From the IMG/VR virus record IMGVR_UViG_3300033463_000024: a stretch of DNA of 64,000 nucleotides. One strand, given 5' to 3'. Source of the stretch: a virus. Lineage: Duplodnaviria; Heunggongvirae; Uroviricota; Caudoviricetes. The notes under the pieces were generated by a model. The model had not been told where the DNA came from. It did no database searches and saw nothing but the letters and a program-made list of their open reading frames with translations. Within the stretch, counting starts at the first letter, position 1. Every line of letters begins with the position of its first letter. Positions 63,142 through 64,000 of this stretch are shown here, in pieces. The translations under genes were made by a program, and so were the position numbers.

Positions 63142-63621
63142 TTACACGAAATTTGTCGGGTTGGTTTCTTTGCTCTTCTGGAACAGCGGTGCCAGGAACA
63201 CCTTGCACGGCTTGCCCAGCTTCTTGCATCTTTCAATGTTACACTTGACGCCATAGGATGTTCCGTTCCAGAACGCCAGGGCAACGTCGCAATCTTCCGT
63301 CATTGCCTCATCCTTTACCTGGTAAAATTCTTCACCGGTCTTACCCTTCGCCTTGTCCCACAGGGATTTCACGCGGTCATAACAGATGCGCCTGGCATGC
63401 GGTTTCTCCTGTGAACAATAGACGATTACATCTTCGTAACCGTTTGCCTTCAGATACCGCTGCGCCAGTTCATCGGCGCCATAGCAATCGCCAATAAGAA
63501 ATTGCACTTTCTTTGCCATCATGTCATCCAATGCAGCCTGCATTTCCGTGGTAAGCTCGGTTAGCGCCGAACTACCAGATACGAAAACTCGCATTGGATG
63601 CTCTGCATCAAACATTTTCAC
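63142..63621 (-). CDS. SLOG-superfamily (YspA/DprA-like) protein
   Basis: VFVSGS, LIGDCYGADELAQRY, KDEAMTEDCDVALAFWNGTSYGVKCNI. Confidence 0.75.
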   Translation of the reverse strand: MKMFDAEHPMRVFVSGSSALTELTTEMQAALDDMMAKKVQFLIGDCYGADELAQRYLKANGYEDVIVYCSQEKPHARRICYDRVKSLWDKAKGKTGEEFYQVKDEAMTEDCDVALAFWNGTSYGVKCNIERCKKLGKPCKVFLAPLFQKSKETNPTNFV

Positions 63622-64000
63622 TGGCAGTCTCCTGCTTCAACGCCTCGATCTGCTCGTCAATCTTGCCGATTTTGTCGTTAATCGGCTTGCTCACCTCGAC
63701 AATGCTGTCTTCAAGAGCCTTGCGCTGTTCTTTCAGGGCCTTTATGACAGCATCGCGGTTCTCTTTGATGATTTCCATATCGGTCATGCCAAGGAACCTG
63801 ACGGGCAACTTCACGGTGCACTTCTTGTTAAAACTGCCACGGAAATCGTACATGTGCTGACAGTAGATTGTCTCGTGACCGGCATTGTACTGCCACTGGT
63901 GGCTGGAGACCTTCGTGGTCTCACGGGCGACCCACTTGGCGGCATCCTTCGGCTCCACATCAAGTGAATTGCATTGTGCCAGGATGTCAAGGACGGCCTT
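63608..64000 (-). CDS. hypothetical protein, open at window end
   Basis: Frame continues without stop from 63958 to the edge. Confidence 0.65.
   Translation of the reverse strand, partial: KAVLDILAQCNSLDVEPKDAAKWVARETTKVSSHQWQYNAGHETIYCQHMYDFRGSFNKKCTVKLPVRFLGMTDMEIIKENRDAVIKALKEQRKALEDSIVEVSKPINDKIGKIDEQIEALKQETASENV

Noticed and set aside
407-63967. Long antisense/alternate-frame ORFs in the track (e.g. 14775-15809, 15743-16876, 20313-21320, 37669-38631, 45423-46445, 62632-63414)
   Set aside because: They shadow RBS-led genes on the other strand and have no RBS or motifs; typical of codon-biased DNA
1-64000. Stop-codon reassignment
   Set aside because: TAG, TGA and TAA all end genes at expected positions, and recognisable proteins are uninterrupted under code 11

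Overview
The window looks like part of a large lytic bacteriophage (jumbo-phage-like) genome; host not determinable from sequence. There are no rRNA, ribosomal-protein or capsid/terminase genes. Small hypothetical ORFs are densely packed, mostly on + from 1-32.3 kb and on - from 32.3-64 kb. The left arm (205-26583) is divided by 20 copies of a 48-bp element: ACCGT, exactly 38 bp containing a covarying GC hairpin ending GGACCTGGGGG, then ATCGT. Each copy precedes an A/C-rich leader, an AAGGAGAC-type RBS and 1-7 genes; the last copy heads a phage sigma-70-family factor. Other content: a pentapeptide-repeat protein, N-formylglutamate amidohydrolase, a GIY-YIG/NUMOD1 homing endonuclease in a 47-bp direct repeat, a truncated FtsK, and a TnpB-only IS200/IS605 element inserted at TTGAC that splits an 80-aa gene. 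Also DHH, histidine and HAD phosphatases, ClpP, an ASTE/ASPA-family hydrolase, a MoxR-like AAA ATPase with a vWA partner, HU, a PQ-loop protein, CoaD, an amidase endolysin and a SLOG protein. RNA genes: 7 tRNAs, a tmRNA, three tRNA-shaped RNAs with no normal anticodon loop, and >2 kb of hairpin-dense non-coding DNA. A second promoter class (TTGCCA-N17-TANATT) often gives apparently leaderless mRNAs. All coordinates and counts were read by hand; no searches were run.
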